Of a stretch of DNA of 64,000 bases, positions 1-12,569 are shown piece by piece. The stretch comes from Octopus vulgaris (lineage: Eukaryota): NCBI GenBank assembly GCA_951406725.2, contig OX597832.1, forward strand, positions 26,350,001-26,414,000. The letters are read 5' to 3'. Each line of letters begins with the position of its first letter. The first letter of the stretch is position 1. The translations under genes and the position numbers were made by a program. The notes under the pieces were generated by a model. It made no database searches, was not told the DNA's origin, and worked only from the letters and a program-made list of their open reading frames with translations.

Positions 1-590
1 AGCACCGTGACTCACCCCCTCCAAAGAAGGCAAGGGTGCAGCCCTCTGCTGGCAAGGTCACGCTCACAGTCTTCTGGGACCAGGACGGAGTAGTGATGAC
101 AGATTTCCTGGCAAAGGGTACCACAATTGCAGGAGACTATTATGCTTCACTTTTGAGGAAATTAAGAGAACTTATCAAAATCAAGAGGCGGGGCAAGATC
201 AGCAAAGGCATCCTCCTCCTGCAGGACAACGCTCCGGTCCACAACTCGCTTGTCGCCAGATCAGAAGCACAGGCGTATGGCTATGAACTCCTCCCCATAC
301 TTTCCTGACCTTGCACCCTCTGATTTTCACCTCTTCCCAATCATGAAGTTGTTTTTGAAAGGAAAGCGTTTCCCAGATGATGCAGCCTTGATTTCTGAAG
401 TCACGTTGAGGTTGGAGGACCAAGCTGGGTTCTTCTGCAAAAACGGTCTCCAGAGCCGCATCAAACGATGGGAGAAATGCGTAACTCTGGGTGGTTCCTA
501 TGTAGAAACAGACTAATAAGTGTGCCAAGTTTCGTTGCTCTACTGCTATGGGAAGTGGGTCAGGGGCATTACTTATTGAACGCCCCTCGT
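1..590 (+). mobile_element. Mariner (DD34D) transposon, 3' part, frameshifted transposase
   Basis: ORFs 36-308 and 250-516 give GKVTLTVFWD...QDNAPVH...PYFPDLAPSDFHLF...RWEKCV..G.YVE. These are mariner catalytic motifs split by a frameshift near 297. Ends in TIR-like ACTTATTGAACGCCCCTCG(T)TA. Confidence 0.92.
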
Positions 591-1628
591 TAATGTTTTC
601 TCTGATCATTTTCGGAAAGTGACTCACAGTAATTAGGTTGTTCCTTGCGGATCTTTTAATATGTTTAAGTTTCAGTAAGATACAAAAAATATTCGGTTGA
701 TAAACCAGATACTATTGGTGATAATTTTTAAACCATTTGGTAATACAACATTGATACATATCATTTGTGGATTCTTTTATCATTTAGCATTCGTGAAATT
801 GTTCGTATGCCATAAAGAAGTCTACATTTACACCTTAAATTAGTTATTTAACACATTGCTTGCCATGAGCCCCATTTGGGGATCTGCTAAAAACAGTCAC
901 ACTGCTGGTTGTGTGTTGTATTTAAAGTGAATTGCTTATGTATATTGCATTTGCAGAGGTGTGTTTAACAATATTTAGTAATTAAAGTTTGCCATTGTTA
1001 GCTCTGGATAATTCCAGAGGACATTTTATGTTATAAATCGCAATTTTTGAACTACAAAAATATTGACTGTTTTGAAAACTTTTTATTTATTTTATTTTTA
1101 TTTTATTTTTTTGCATTTCCCATTTATATCATTCATTGATATTTCGTACACATTCGCATTTGATACTATAGTTTAAAATAAAACTGAAATGTTTATTATT
1201 GCAATTGAATAGAAAAGTATAAATATGCTTTTTTTCAGCGATCCTCGTTTGGGACTTTTCGAAAAATTTATCATAATTTCCAAAATAATTCACATATGAA
1301 GAAAATTTAAATACTATATATTATTTTAACTCCTAAGACTCCTGGCAAAGCTAAAAAATATGAATAAAAAATTTGGTAGTCAATGGATTAATACCATTGC
1401 TTATCTGTTAATCCTGTTCAAACAAGATTGGATGACTTTTCCTTACTTCCTGTTGGTTGTTGGTTTCACCGTTTCCATAGTATATGTTGTGTTCTAACAG
1501 AGACAAAATATTGTTTTTGTTGTATTCATTATCCATTAATATAACTGCATTTTTCTTTACCAGATTCTTTATCATTCATCAGTTCAATTGCATGTTTCCA
1601 TTGAACAGTGTTGAATATTTAAAAACCA

Positions 1629-2013
1629 CCGTGGTACATCGTCGGTTGCGACGACGAGGGTTCCAGTTGAACCGATCAACAGAAAGCCTGCTCATGAAAT
1701 TAACGTGCAAGTGGCTGAGCACTCCACAGACACGTGTATCCTTAACGTAGTTCTCAGGGAGTTTCAGTGTGACACAGAGTGTGACAAGGCTGGCACATTT
1801 GAAATACAGGTACAACAGAAACAGGAAGAAAGAGTGAGAGAAAGTTGTGGTGAATGAGTACAGCAGGGTTGGCCACCAACCCTTGCTGGAGCCTCGTGGA
1901 GCTTTTAGATGTTTTCATTCAATAAACACGCACAACGCTCGGTCTGGGAATCGAAACCGCGATCCTACGACCATGAGTCCGCTGCCCTAACCACTGGGCT
2001 ATTGCGCCTCCAC
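1629..2013 (-). mobile_element. tRNA-derived SINE family B, tail type 1
   Basis: Minus strand starts GTGGAGGCGCAATAGCCCAGTGGTTAGG (A box) ... GGTTTCGATTCCC (B box). Flanked by TAAAA(A)CCA repeats. Same head occurs at 4249-4435, 39557 and 58604. Confidence 0.85.
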
Positions 2014-2371
2014 TTAAAACCATAGTAATCTCTCACAAGCACGATTGTGTGACAGCTAGCAGGCAAGGGGGCAGCACTGCGTTTGGGTTGGTACTCAATT
2101 CCAGTTGAGTAGACTAAATCAACGTGAAATGAAGTGTCTTGCTCAAGGATATAATTCAGCCAATCCACCACCCAAAAATAATTCTTCCTAATTTTGGCAC
2201 AATGCCAGCAATTTTGATGGGAGAAAGTAAGTCGATTACATCAATCCTGGTACTTTATTTTTATTGATCAGGAAAGGATGGAAGGCAAAGTCAACCCTGG
2301 TAGAATTTGAACCAAGAATATGAACATTATTTTACATTTGATGGATATTTGTTCTCATCTTGTTTGTTGTT

Positions 2372-2417
2372 AACACAACGTTTCGGCTGATATACCCTCC
2401 AGCCTTCATCAGGTGTC
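2372..2417 (-). ncRNA. Minimal type-I hammerhead ribozyme motif (intact)
   Basis: Minus strand: GACAC CTGATGA A GGCTG gagggtatat CAGCC GAA ACGT T GTGTT. Stem I GACAC/GTGTT, core CUGAUGA/GAAA, stem II GGCTG/CAGCC, palindromic stem III ACGT, GUU triplet. Confidence 0.8.
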
Positions 2418-2656
2418 TTGGGGAAATTTCGAACCTGGGTTCTCATTTCTAAGATATTTTTCGATGTTGTTGTTGTTATTATTATTGTTGTTCAGGTCAC
2501 GGGCATATGGCGTAGTGGTTAAGAACGCGGGCTACTAACCCCAACATTCCGAGTTCGATTCCAGGCAGTGACCTGAATAATAATAACAACAACAACAACA
2601 ACAACAACATCGAAAAATATCTTAGGAATGAGAACCCAGGTTCGAAATTTCCCCAA

Positions 2657-2702
2657 GACACCTGATGAAGGCTGGAGGGTATATCAGCCGAAACATTGTG
2701 TT
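2657..2702 (+). ncRNA. Minimal hammerhead motif, second copy with stem III mutated (ACGT>ACAT)
   Basis: GACAC CTGATGA AGGCTG..CAGCC GAAACATT GTGTT. Confidence 0.7.
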
Positions 2703-3120
2703 AACAACAAACAAGATGAGGACAAATATCCATCAAATGTAAATAATATAAATAATGCATCTTTTTCACTGGTGGCACTCCACTGACTCCTCACCTTAGA
2801 AATAAGAACAACAACAACAACAAATTCTATGTCAAAAAATATTTATTAGAATCCAGAAAGAAGAAAAATCATAATTCCATATCATCATCATCATCATCAC
2901 TGTAATAATAATAATAATAATAATAATTATAATAATAATGTTTATTCCTTGTTCAACCAAAAACCTGGTTAGTGTGCTTACCTCATATGAAAGTACCTCC
3001 CCAAAATAAACCATTCTGTGAAAAATGGAAGTGCCGGATGAACCCTGAACAACCAAATCACATCGTGGCAGGTTTTGCACATTGATGCCATAAAACGTTT
3101 TTTAAAAAGATAAATAAATA

Positions 3121-3502
3121 GGCGCAGGAGTGGCTGTGTGGTAAGTAGCTTGTTTACCAACCACCTGGTTCCGGGTTCAGTCCCACTGTGTGGCACCTTG
3201 GGCAAGTGTCTTCTACTATAGCCTCGGGCCGATCAAAGTGTCTTCTACTGTAGCCTCGGGTCAACCAAAGCCTTGTGAGTAGATATGGTAGACAGAAACT
3301 GAAAGAAGCCCATAGTGTATATATATGTGTGTGTGTGTGTGTATGTCTGTTTGTCGCCCCCAACATGGCTTGACAACTGATGCTGGTGTGTTTAGGTCCC
3401 CGTAACTTAACAAAGAATAAGTCCTGGGGTCAATTTGTTCGACTAATGGAGGTGCTCCAGCATGGCCGCAGTCAAATGACTGGAACAAGTAAAAGAATAA
3501 AA
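3121..3502 (+). mobile_element. tRNA-derived SINE family A
   Basis: GGCGCAGGAGTGGCTGTGTGGTAAG...GGTTCAGTCCC head, internal (TA/TG)n, ...GACTGGAACAAGTAAAAGA tail. Many copies in the window. Confidence 0.88.
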
Positions 3503-4248
3503 GTCATCGTAGATGGATAGTCTTTGACAGTTTCAACGGCTGAATGCTTCCGTTGGTTCACGCTTGAATGATTTATTACAGAAAGTTAAATAACGTGAAA
3601 CATCATAAGCAAATAAACATTGCGTCACCCAGTATAACACCCTCCCTGGCCCTTTATGTACCTTTAGCAGGGGTCCACTATTCTAAGCATTTAGGCCAGG
3701 TGTTCCCACTCTGAAGATAACTTCCACCCTTCCTCCCAGCCCCTAAGTAGAGTCAAGGGCACTGGTCTCCTTAGAGGTCCTTAAATAGGATCAGTGCACT
3801 ACCCTTTTTCCTAGTGGCATCAGAAGCCCTTAGAAAGATACAAGGAGACTGCCCTATCTCACAGCTGTCTTAGAAGCCCCTAGAGAAAGACAGACACTAC
3901 CCTTTCCCACCAGCAATTTCAGAAACCCTAAAGAGGGACATGAATGCTGACCTGCATCCTCTGATTGCAATAATAATAAAAATAATTTCTTTAAAAAGAT
4001 ACAATCTAAAAACAGATGAGGGGGGAGGGAGATCAACAGGCCAGGAAAAACTCCCACTTTTGGGACTCGAGACCCAAATCCATTGCTCACTCAACCAACC
4101 ATTTCCCCAATTACATTACAGAGCCCCTAGATATACCATGTATGATAACAGCATATGAGATTATTTGTAGTCTTAATATTTAACCCTGCAAAACAAGGTA
4201 CCATCTTAGAATCCGGGTATAAAACATGAACCTTAAATCCCTTTGGGG

Positions 4249-4435
4249 CATACAACAGGAACATGAAGAAAGAGTGAGAGAAAATTGTGGTGAAAGAGTA
4301 CAGCAGGGTTAACCACCACCCCCTGCAGGTGTTTTCGTTCAATAAACACTCACAATGCCCTGTCTGGGAATCTGGGAACCGCGATCCTATGACCACGAGT
4401 CCACTGCCCTAACCACCGGGCCATTGCATCTCCAC
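4249..4435 (-). mobile_element. SINE family B, truncated
   Basis: Matches head and body of 1629-2013. Confidence 0.75.
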
Positions 4436-4974
4436 AACTGTGTCGCTGTTAATCAGACATCTGGAACATGAATTAGTATAAAATTTTGATGGAAGATTTT
4501 AATTTAGTAACTTGGTATCATACAAGCAGGAGGAATTGTCTCTTGATACCAAATCCACTTGTGGGGAGATGGGTAGTTTTTTATTGTTATCTACCTTATT
4601 CTTTTTAACATAACAGCCAGATCCACGATGCTTCCGGGTCCAGGTTCCAACACATTTACATTATTCACAGAAATGGTGGTCCAGAGAGCCACACTGTGGC
4701 ATCTCCGGATCCAGAAGAGTGAAATGAAAAAAGCCGAATATGGGATGGAATGAGAGTTTGATGTTTGAAATTTTTTCCCCATGGGGCATCAATGAAGTAA
4801 AAAGAAATAAAAATAGGTAAAACCGGGAATCAAAACCATTTCAAGGAAATTTAGCTTGCTAGGAGGTTACCTTCAGGATTTTGAAATCCTTCGCAAAGGT
4901 TCTGTTTTTTTTCTTTTTGCATATTCCACAAAAACAAAGAAATAATAATAATAATAATGATGATGGTGGTAATT

Positions 4975-5189
4975 TCAAATTTTGGCACAAGGCCAGAAAT
5001 TTGGGGGGACAGGATAAGTCAGTTACATTGATCCCAGTGTCCAACTGGTACTTTTTTGTACTGACCCCAGAAGGGATAAAAGGCAAAGCTGACTTTGACA
5101 GATATTGAACTCAGAATGTCACGACGCGGGTGAAATACCGGTAAGCATTTTGTCCGGTGTGTTAACGATTCTGCCAGCTCACCACCTTA

Positions 5190-5223
<34 letters not shown>

Positions 5224-5436
5224 GTTTCAAATTTTGCACAAGGCCAGCAATTCTAGGGAAAGAGTAAAGTCAGTTACAACAATCCCAGAACTCAAGTGGC
5301 ACTTATTTTATCAACCCCCAAAAGGATAAACAGGCTAAGTCTACCTGACAGAATTTGAACTGTGGACACAGAGAACCAGAAGAAAGGCTATTAACCATTT
5401 TATCAGTGGCTCTAATGATTCTGCCAGCCTGCCATT

Positions 5437-5440
<4 letters not shown>
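4975..5440 (-). mobile_element. Two degenerate SINE family C copies separated by (AAT)n
   Basis: Each has AAGGCAAAG..GA(A)TTTGAACT..GATTCTGCCAGC motifs shared with 28008-28226. Confidence 0.65.
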
Positions 5441-5500
<60 letters not shown>

Positions 5501-5719
5501 TTAAGAATAATGATGATAATAATAATAACGTTAAGAATAATGATGATAATAACAATGATGATGATGATAATCATAAAAATAAGACAGACAACTCTTGGTT
5601 GGATAACCAATACTCCCCATTTTCCAATAGCAATTCCCATTGGTTAATATTTACAGGTCATGTGTTTGTGTATTATATGATATCTGCATTGTATATGATT
5701 TATAAATCATAAATAATAC

Positions 5720-5936
5720 ACTATATACATACATATACATACATACATATATATATGCATATCATATCACATAGTTACATAAGATATTATATATATATAA
5801 TATATATATATTACATATATAACAGGTATACACATATTGCATTACATATATATACACACATATATATACATACATATATATTAATATATATATATATACA
5901 CACTCACACATGCATATATGCATACATATACACATA

Positions 5937-5977
<41 letters not shown>

Positions 5978-6912
5978 ATATGTATATATATATATAAACA
6001 TATGTATATAAATGTGTGTATATATATGCGTGTATGTGTGTGTTGCACAAATGTGTGTTTGAATGTATGTAGAATTGAATGTACATACAGCAAGGAGGAT
6101 CAGATAAATAAAATGAAGAGATCTGAAGGTCAGGAAATGACAATGGAAGAAAATGTCCATGAAAATAGCCACTAGAGGGAGATGGCCGAAACATATACAA
6201 TATCACGGGAGGCTGCGAAAGGTAGCGCTTCCTTTCACCTTCTTTAGTTACATGTATATGTATATATATTAAACATACATATATATATATATATATACAC
6301 ATACATACACATATATAAAAGCACATTATAAAACTTAAAAACATATATTTTTATATATATACATACATACATACACACACACATACATACATGCATATAG
6401 ACAAAAACATACAGATAAACATACATGAATATCTATATACATACATACATACAGAAATATATATCCTTACATACACAGATATATGTGTATATGCACATAC
6501 ATGCATTTGTTGTGTGTGTGTGTGTGTATTTATGCATATATCACGTGACTGATCCGGCTATTAGAGGCTGTCACACATCGCTGGTCACAGTGCGCTTTGT
6601 ATCGTTTTAGAGTTCGAATGATGCTACTCCGGTGGCTGGGCAAGCTGGCCAACATTGCCCCCTTGATTGAAAGGGGGACTGAAGCAATGTGAAATGAAGT
6701 GTGTTGCTCAAGAACACAATGCGGTGCCCCAGCATGGCCACAGCTCGTGAGCTGAAACTAGATAAAATAAAATAAAAATAAAATAAAATAAATGCACTGC
6801 CCAGTCTGGGAATTGAAACCACGAACTAGCAATGGTGAGTGCAATGCTGTAACCACTACGCCACACGCCTTCACATATATGTGACCAGATATTTACACAA
6901 TAATTTCCAAAT

Positions 6913-6950
<38 letters not shown>

Positions 6951-8273
6951 TGTGAGTGAGAAATTTACAAAATTCTTTTCCTTTTTTTAATTATGTATAT
7001 ATGGCATAAAAATGCATAAATGAAAGCTGTGTGAGAGAGAGATGAAGAGATAGAAAGGGAGAGAGATAAGCATTGAGATAGAGAGAGACAGGTAAAAAGA
7101 GAGAGAGAGAGAGTTAGTGAAAGAGATAGACAAAAAAGATAGAGAGAGACAGACAGAAAAATAGACAAACAGAGAGAGAGGTAGAGAGAGACACACAGAG
7201 TTAGACAGACAGACAGAGAGAGACAGAGAAGCAGAAAGAGAGTAGGAGAGAGAGAGAGATAGAGACAGTTAGACAGAAAGAGGTAGAGAGAGACAGAGAG
7301 ATATACAGAGCAAGAAATCAGAGAGAGAGATACATAGACATAAAGATCTAGAGGTAGAGAGTGACAAAGAGATAAGCAGAGAGTGATAGAGAGAGAGAGA
7401 GAGACAAAAAGAGAGATAGATAGGGAGAGACACACATAGAGTTAGAGAGACAAACAGACAGACAGAGAAAGAGGTAGAGAGAGAGAAAGAGATAAAGATA
7501 GACAGACAGAGAAGCAGAGAGAGAGAGTGGGAGAGACAGACAGAGAAAGAGGTAGAGAGAGACAGAGAGATATACAGAGCAAGAAACACAGAAAGAGAGA
7601 GATACATAGAGACATAAAGATCTAGAGGTAGAGAGTGACAGAGAGATAAGCAGAGACAGAGAGAGAGAAACAGAGAGAGAGAGAGAGAAAGATAGAGAGA
7701 GAGTGGTAATGCCATTGACTAATTGCATAAATGTGAGGGGTGGGGGTGTTGGCAGTTACCAATGGTAGTAAGGGACCAGAACCAGAGATGCTTCACAGCC
7801 CCTGAGTGTGTCTTGAGTGAGCACCCAACTCAAGGGTGCCACAATGTCTGGCAAATCGGATGAGAACCGGTTCCTGGTTCTGGTCTTTAACACATTAGGG
7901 GCACAGGCTTGGCTGCGGGGTTAAGAAGTCTGCTTCACAACCACATAGGGCCAGGTTTCATATGTAAGTGTGCGTACATACATACATGTGTGTGTGTATG
8001 AGTGTGTGTGTGTATATATATATATATATGTGCCTGCATGCTCCGCTGGGTGGCACTTTGGGCAAATGATTTTTCAATCATATCATAATCTTTAGGTGGA
8101 TCAATTCCTTGTTAGTAAAATTTCATAAATGGAAACAGGGAAACTGTACAGAAACCTGTCATGTACGCTATGTATGTGCACATGTTCGTGTATGTATATG
8201 TGTGTGTATATATATATATATATATACACACAAATACATATATATATAGAGAGAGAGAGAGACACACATGTAC

Positions 8274-8306
<33 letters not shown>

Positions 8307-8424
8307 TGTATGTGTGTATATATATGTATGTATATAGACACACACATACATGTATGTATGTATGTGTGTGTATATATATATATATATATATTTAGACATA
8401 CGCGTACATTTATTTACGTATATA

Positions 8425-8458
<34 letters not shown>

Positions 8459-8640
8459 CATACATACACGCATGCATGTGTATACACACACACACACACA
8501 TTCATACACACATAAAGGCATGTCATATGAAGAAATAGACATTCATGTCTTTCAGTTGCTTTGCATTAGTCAGCAGCCATCCAAATGTATTTACCCACAT
8601 ACACATATACACACACATATATACACACACCTGTATGTGA
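5720..8640. repeat. Compound (TA)n/(CA)n/(GA)n microsatellite fields with SINE fragments
   Basis: Directly visible. The GA-rich block 7030-7700 contains an internal duplication of AAAGATCTAGAGGTAGAGAGTGACA. Confidence 0.9.
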
Positions 8641-8852
8641 TGAATCGATGACAGCTGATGTGACAAGGAGGAAGAAATAGAAGAGTGCAGTAGTGTAAAA
8701 GTGGTTGACGAGATGAGGAAAAAGCAGGTGTCAGAATGGACAGACGGACGGACGGACGGACGGATGGGTGGGTGGGTTTGTGGGTGGATGGATGGATGGA
8801 TGGATGGAGAGATGGATGGAAGGACAGACAAAAATAGATGCACGTGGATATT

Positions 8853-8932
8853 TTACATGATGCCAGACCATCGATGGAGGTAGGAGCCCCAGGTTCCTGC
8901 GGCGTTGTTGCCAGGTGGTGCTGCAGAGTCAC
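8853..8932 (-). CDS. GCC2: GCC2 terminal coding exon: (G)DSAAPPGNNAAGTWGSYLHRWSGIM*
   Basis: ttttcag acceptor, phase 1, TAA at 8853-8855. Resembles the vertebrate GCC2 C-terminus (W.SYLH.WSG). Confidence 0.93.
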
Positions 8933-9036
8933 CTGAAAAGGAAACAAAAGCATATTGGTTAGTCAGTAAAGTGTGCAGGTGGGTGGGTGGGTGGATGAGA
9001 GAGAAAGAGTGAAAAACGCAAAAGAGGATTCTACAA

Positions 9037-9530
9037 TCATCATCATCGTTTAACGTCCGCTTTCCATGCTAGCATGGGTTGGACGGTTCGACCGGGGTCT
9101 GGGAAGCCAGAAGGCTGCACCAGGCTCCAGTCTGATCTGGCAGTGTTTCTACAGCTGGATGCCCTTCCTAACGCCAACCACTTCGTGAGTGTAGTGGGTG
9201 CTTTTTACGTGCCACCTGCACAGGTGCCAGACGAGGCTGGCAAACGGCCACGATCGAATGGTGCTTTTTACCTGGACACCGGCACGGGAGCCAGGCGAAG
9301 CTGGCAAACGGCCACAATCGGATGGTGCTTTTTATGTGCCACCGGCACGGCGGCCAGACAAGGCTGGCAACGGCCACGATCAGATGGTGCTTTTTACGTG
9401 CCACCGGCACGGAGGCCAGTCGGGGGCGGCGCTGGCAACGGCAACGTTCAGATGGTTCTCTTAAATGCCACTGGCACTGGTATCACAGCTACAATTTCCA
9501 TTGATGTTGATCGATTTCGATTTTGGAACG
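9037..9530 (-). mobile_element. Retroposon with RTE-like 3' end ((GAT)n tail) and ~60-bp tandem modules
   Basis: Minus strand ends ...CCCATGCTAGCATGGAAAGCGGACGTTAAACGATGATG. Related copies at ~12825-13039, 20418-20537, 26000-26385, 38720-38940, 46540-46735. Confidence 0.75.
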
Positions 9531-10349
9531 CAGGCTTCCTGTTAGAACAGCAGAAAAACCGGGTAAATTAACCTTACATGGCAGAAAAATTTGTCAACAA
9601 CCAGCCATGGGAGCCAAACTCATACCCCTCAAAGTCTCCGGCAGAGAGTTTTATCATAAAGCTAAACTGCCCACTGACGTATTCACCACCAAATTTAGAC
9701 ACTAGATACTTTAGCATTATAGAATTGCAAGGTGTGTATAACAAACATTTGTTCTTTTATTAGAAGCATCAAAAATGTGTATTCTACGATGCAAATAAGA
9801 AGATGATACATTTTTGAATGCAGAGTTGCCATTAGAAGAGCAGAAAGACTGGGTAAAGGGGATGTTACACAATGGTGGAACATCAATGAAGAAATCAGTC
9901 TTAGTTTCCTGAGGTGTTGCTACCAAATATACGATAAGACCAAGTCTTACAAAATGCTTTATATATATATATATATATTGTGTGTGTGTGTTATATATAT
10001 AAATATATATATATATACATGCATGTATGTATGTATGTATGTGTGTACGTGTGTATGTTTATGTGCGTGTATGTATGTTTATGTGCGTGTGTGTGTATGT
10101 ATGTATATGTGCGTGTGTATGTATGTGCGTGTGTGTGTATGTATATGTGCGTGTGTGTATGTATGTATATGTGCGTGTGTGTATGTATGTATATGTGCGT
10201 ATGTATGTATGTATGTATATGTGCGTGTATGTATGTATATGTGCGTGTGTGTATGTATGTATATGTGCGTGTGTGTATGTATGTATATGTGCGTATGTAT
10301 GTATGTATGTATATGTGTGTGTGTGTATGTATGTATGTATGTATATATA

Positions 10350-10400
<51 letters not shown>

Positions 10401-10835
10401 ATTGTCTCAAATCTTAGAACAAAGCAGGCAATTTGGGGGGGAAGGTGTAAGTGAATTACATCAACCCCAGTATTCAACTGGTACTTATCAGGAGATAATT
10501 TGTTTGCTGAAGTTCTAAACAAGCACCACAAACTTATTAGATTCATAAGTTCAAGGTACCTTTCACTGAGGAGACACAATGAGGTTGAAACACCAGGTGT
10601 CCCTAAGTCCCCTAATACTGATAATTTGGACCGGCCAGAAACATACCAAGAATGAATATGTAAAATCATCATAAAAAAACAATAATTTTGTAAAACAATT
10701 AAAACCAAATACAAAAATAATTCAGATTTAAAATATTAAAATAAAAAAAAAGAGCAGCAAAAAAAAAACAAAAAAAAAAACAATTATGGAAGTTTTTTGG
10801 GGTTTTTTTTTAATATATAAAAGTGATGACCCTAC

Positions 10836-10944
10836 CTTGGGCGATTGCTGTTAGCTGTGTTTTCTCTTCGGGGCTCAATTTTAACATTGTACAAATAACT
10901 GGGATCAACATTTGTCTCTCATCTCCAGCTTTCAACATTACAAA
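10836..10944 (-). CDS. GCC2: GCC2 exon, GRIP domain: FVMLKAGDERQMLIPVICTMLKLSPEEKTQLTAIAQ
   Basis: ttccag/gtagg boundaries, 109 nt, GRIP consensus L.PVI..ML.LSPEE. Confidence 0.96.
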
Positions 10945-11477
10945 CTGGAAATACAAAACACACGAGTAGTAGTAGTAGTAGTAGTAGTAGTAATAGTAGG
11001 AGTAGTAGTAGGGGTGGTAGTAAGAGTAGGAGTAGTGGTAGGGGTGGTGGTGGTGGTAGTAGCGGTGGTGGTGGTAGTGGTAGTAGTAGTAGTAGGGGTG
11101 ATGGTGGTAGTAGTAATAGGGGGTTTGTAGGAGGAGGAGGAGGGGTGATAGTAGTAGGGGATAGTAATAGTAGTTGGTGGTGGTAGTAGGGGTGGTGGTA
11201 GTAGGGGTGGTGGTAGTAGTAGTAGTTTAGCCCCCACCAAAACCAAGGTTGGTGTCCTGAATGAGCAACCCTATAATCATCAAAGGCTTTTTTCTAATCT
11301 GACCAGCCCATATCTTTCAGCCTTTCAGCCACAGTGTATCTAGGACTACATTAGCTAATCTGGCATCGATTTTATTATTTTAGGGACTTCGCTGTTAACC
11401 CCCTTCACTGGGTGAAAAAACTGTCTTAAGACTACATATTCCAACACACACACACACACACAAGTACATACATATAC

Positions 11478-11685
11478 ACTCTTTACTCTTTTACTTGTTT
11501 CAGTCATTTGACTGCGGCCATGCTGGAGCACCACCTTTAGTCGAGCAAATCGACCCCAGGACTTATTCTTTGTAAGCCCAGTACTTATTCTATCAGTCTC
11601 TTTTGCCAAACCGCTAAGTTACGAGGACGTAAACACACCACCATCAGTTGTCGAGCGATGTTGGGGGGACAAACACAGACACACG

Positions 11686-11731
<46 letters not shown>

Positions 11732-11889
11732 GCTTCTTTCAGTTTCCATCTACCAAATCCACTCACAAGGTTTTGGTCGGCCCGAGGCTATAGTAGAAGA
11801 TACTTGCCCAAGGTGCCACGCAGTGGGACTGAACCCGGAACCATGTGGTTGGTAAACAAGCTACTTACCACACAGCCACTCCTGCGCCT
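11478..11889 (-). mobile_element. SINE family A, full length
   Basis: Reverse complement of the family A sequence at 18602-19000. Confidence 0.88.
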
Positions 11890-11987
11890 GTATATGTGTG
11901 TATAATATATATAATTCGAATGTAGGGCTTCACAGAGGTGATGACAATTGTAATGATGTATAAAGCAATCTATGATAATAGATATAC

Positions 11988-12131
11988 CTTGAGGAAAATA
12001 TTCTTCAAATACTCTAAATTGGCCGATTCTTTCTCTCTTTCTTGGTTCCGCTCTAAACGACGGATTTCTTGCTTCAGAATTTTGGCCTGTTCAGTCAACC
12101 GCATCACAGTTGCTTCGCTTTCATTCAGTAG
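11988..12131 (-). CDS. GCC2: GCC2 exon: LLNESEATVMRLTEQAKILKQEIRRLERNQEREKESANLEYLKNIFLK (GRIP start)
   Basis: ttccag/gtatat boundaries, 144 nt. EIRRLERNQERE..ANLEYLKN is the GCC2 signature, including the conserved GRIP Tyr. Confidence 0.97.
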
Positions 12132-12433
12132 CTGGAAATAAATAAATAGATCAATAGACAAATGTTCAAATGTTGAAATATCGATCGATTTTAAAACACA
12201 ACAAAACATTATGTAATAATTTACAAAGAGGAAAATACACAAGAAACCAATCCAGCCTTCTCTCTTTCTCACACACACACACTCTCTTTCTTTCTTTCTC
12301 TCTCTCTCTCTCGTTTTCTTAGGAGAAATGAAAAGTGTTGTACAGTATAGCCCCAGGCTGACCAAATCGTCATGAGTAGATTTGGTTGACAGAAACAAAA
12401 ATTGAGCCTCAAATGTGTGCATGTGTCTACATC

Positions 12434-12569
<136 letters not shown>

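Larger units (their letters stand above)
2326..2747 (+). mobile_element. tRNA-headed element with hammerhead motif, preceded by an inverted partial copy (Penelope-like architecture)
   Basis: tRNA-like head 2501-2573 with A box TGGCGTAGTGG and B box GAGTTCGATTCC. 2326-2500 is the near reverse complement of 2568-2747. Confidence 0.8.

Noticed and set aside
36-516. SETMAR or an active transposase gene
   Set aside because: Frameshifted, altered YSPD motif, TIR retained; a transposon relic.
2501-2573. Functional tRNA gene (also the other SINE heads)
   Set aside because: Acceptor and anticodon stems pair poorly and the heads are fused to repeat bodies.
6154-6199. Possible hammerhead (CATGAAAA TAGCCA...TGGCC GAAACATA)
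   Set aside because: The core needs several substitutions; too degenerate to support.
8409-8414. AATAAA on the minus strand as GCC2 poly(A) signal
   Set aside because: Lies within TA microsatellite, so a chance match is likely without transcript data.
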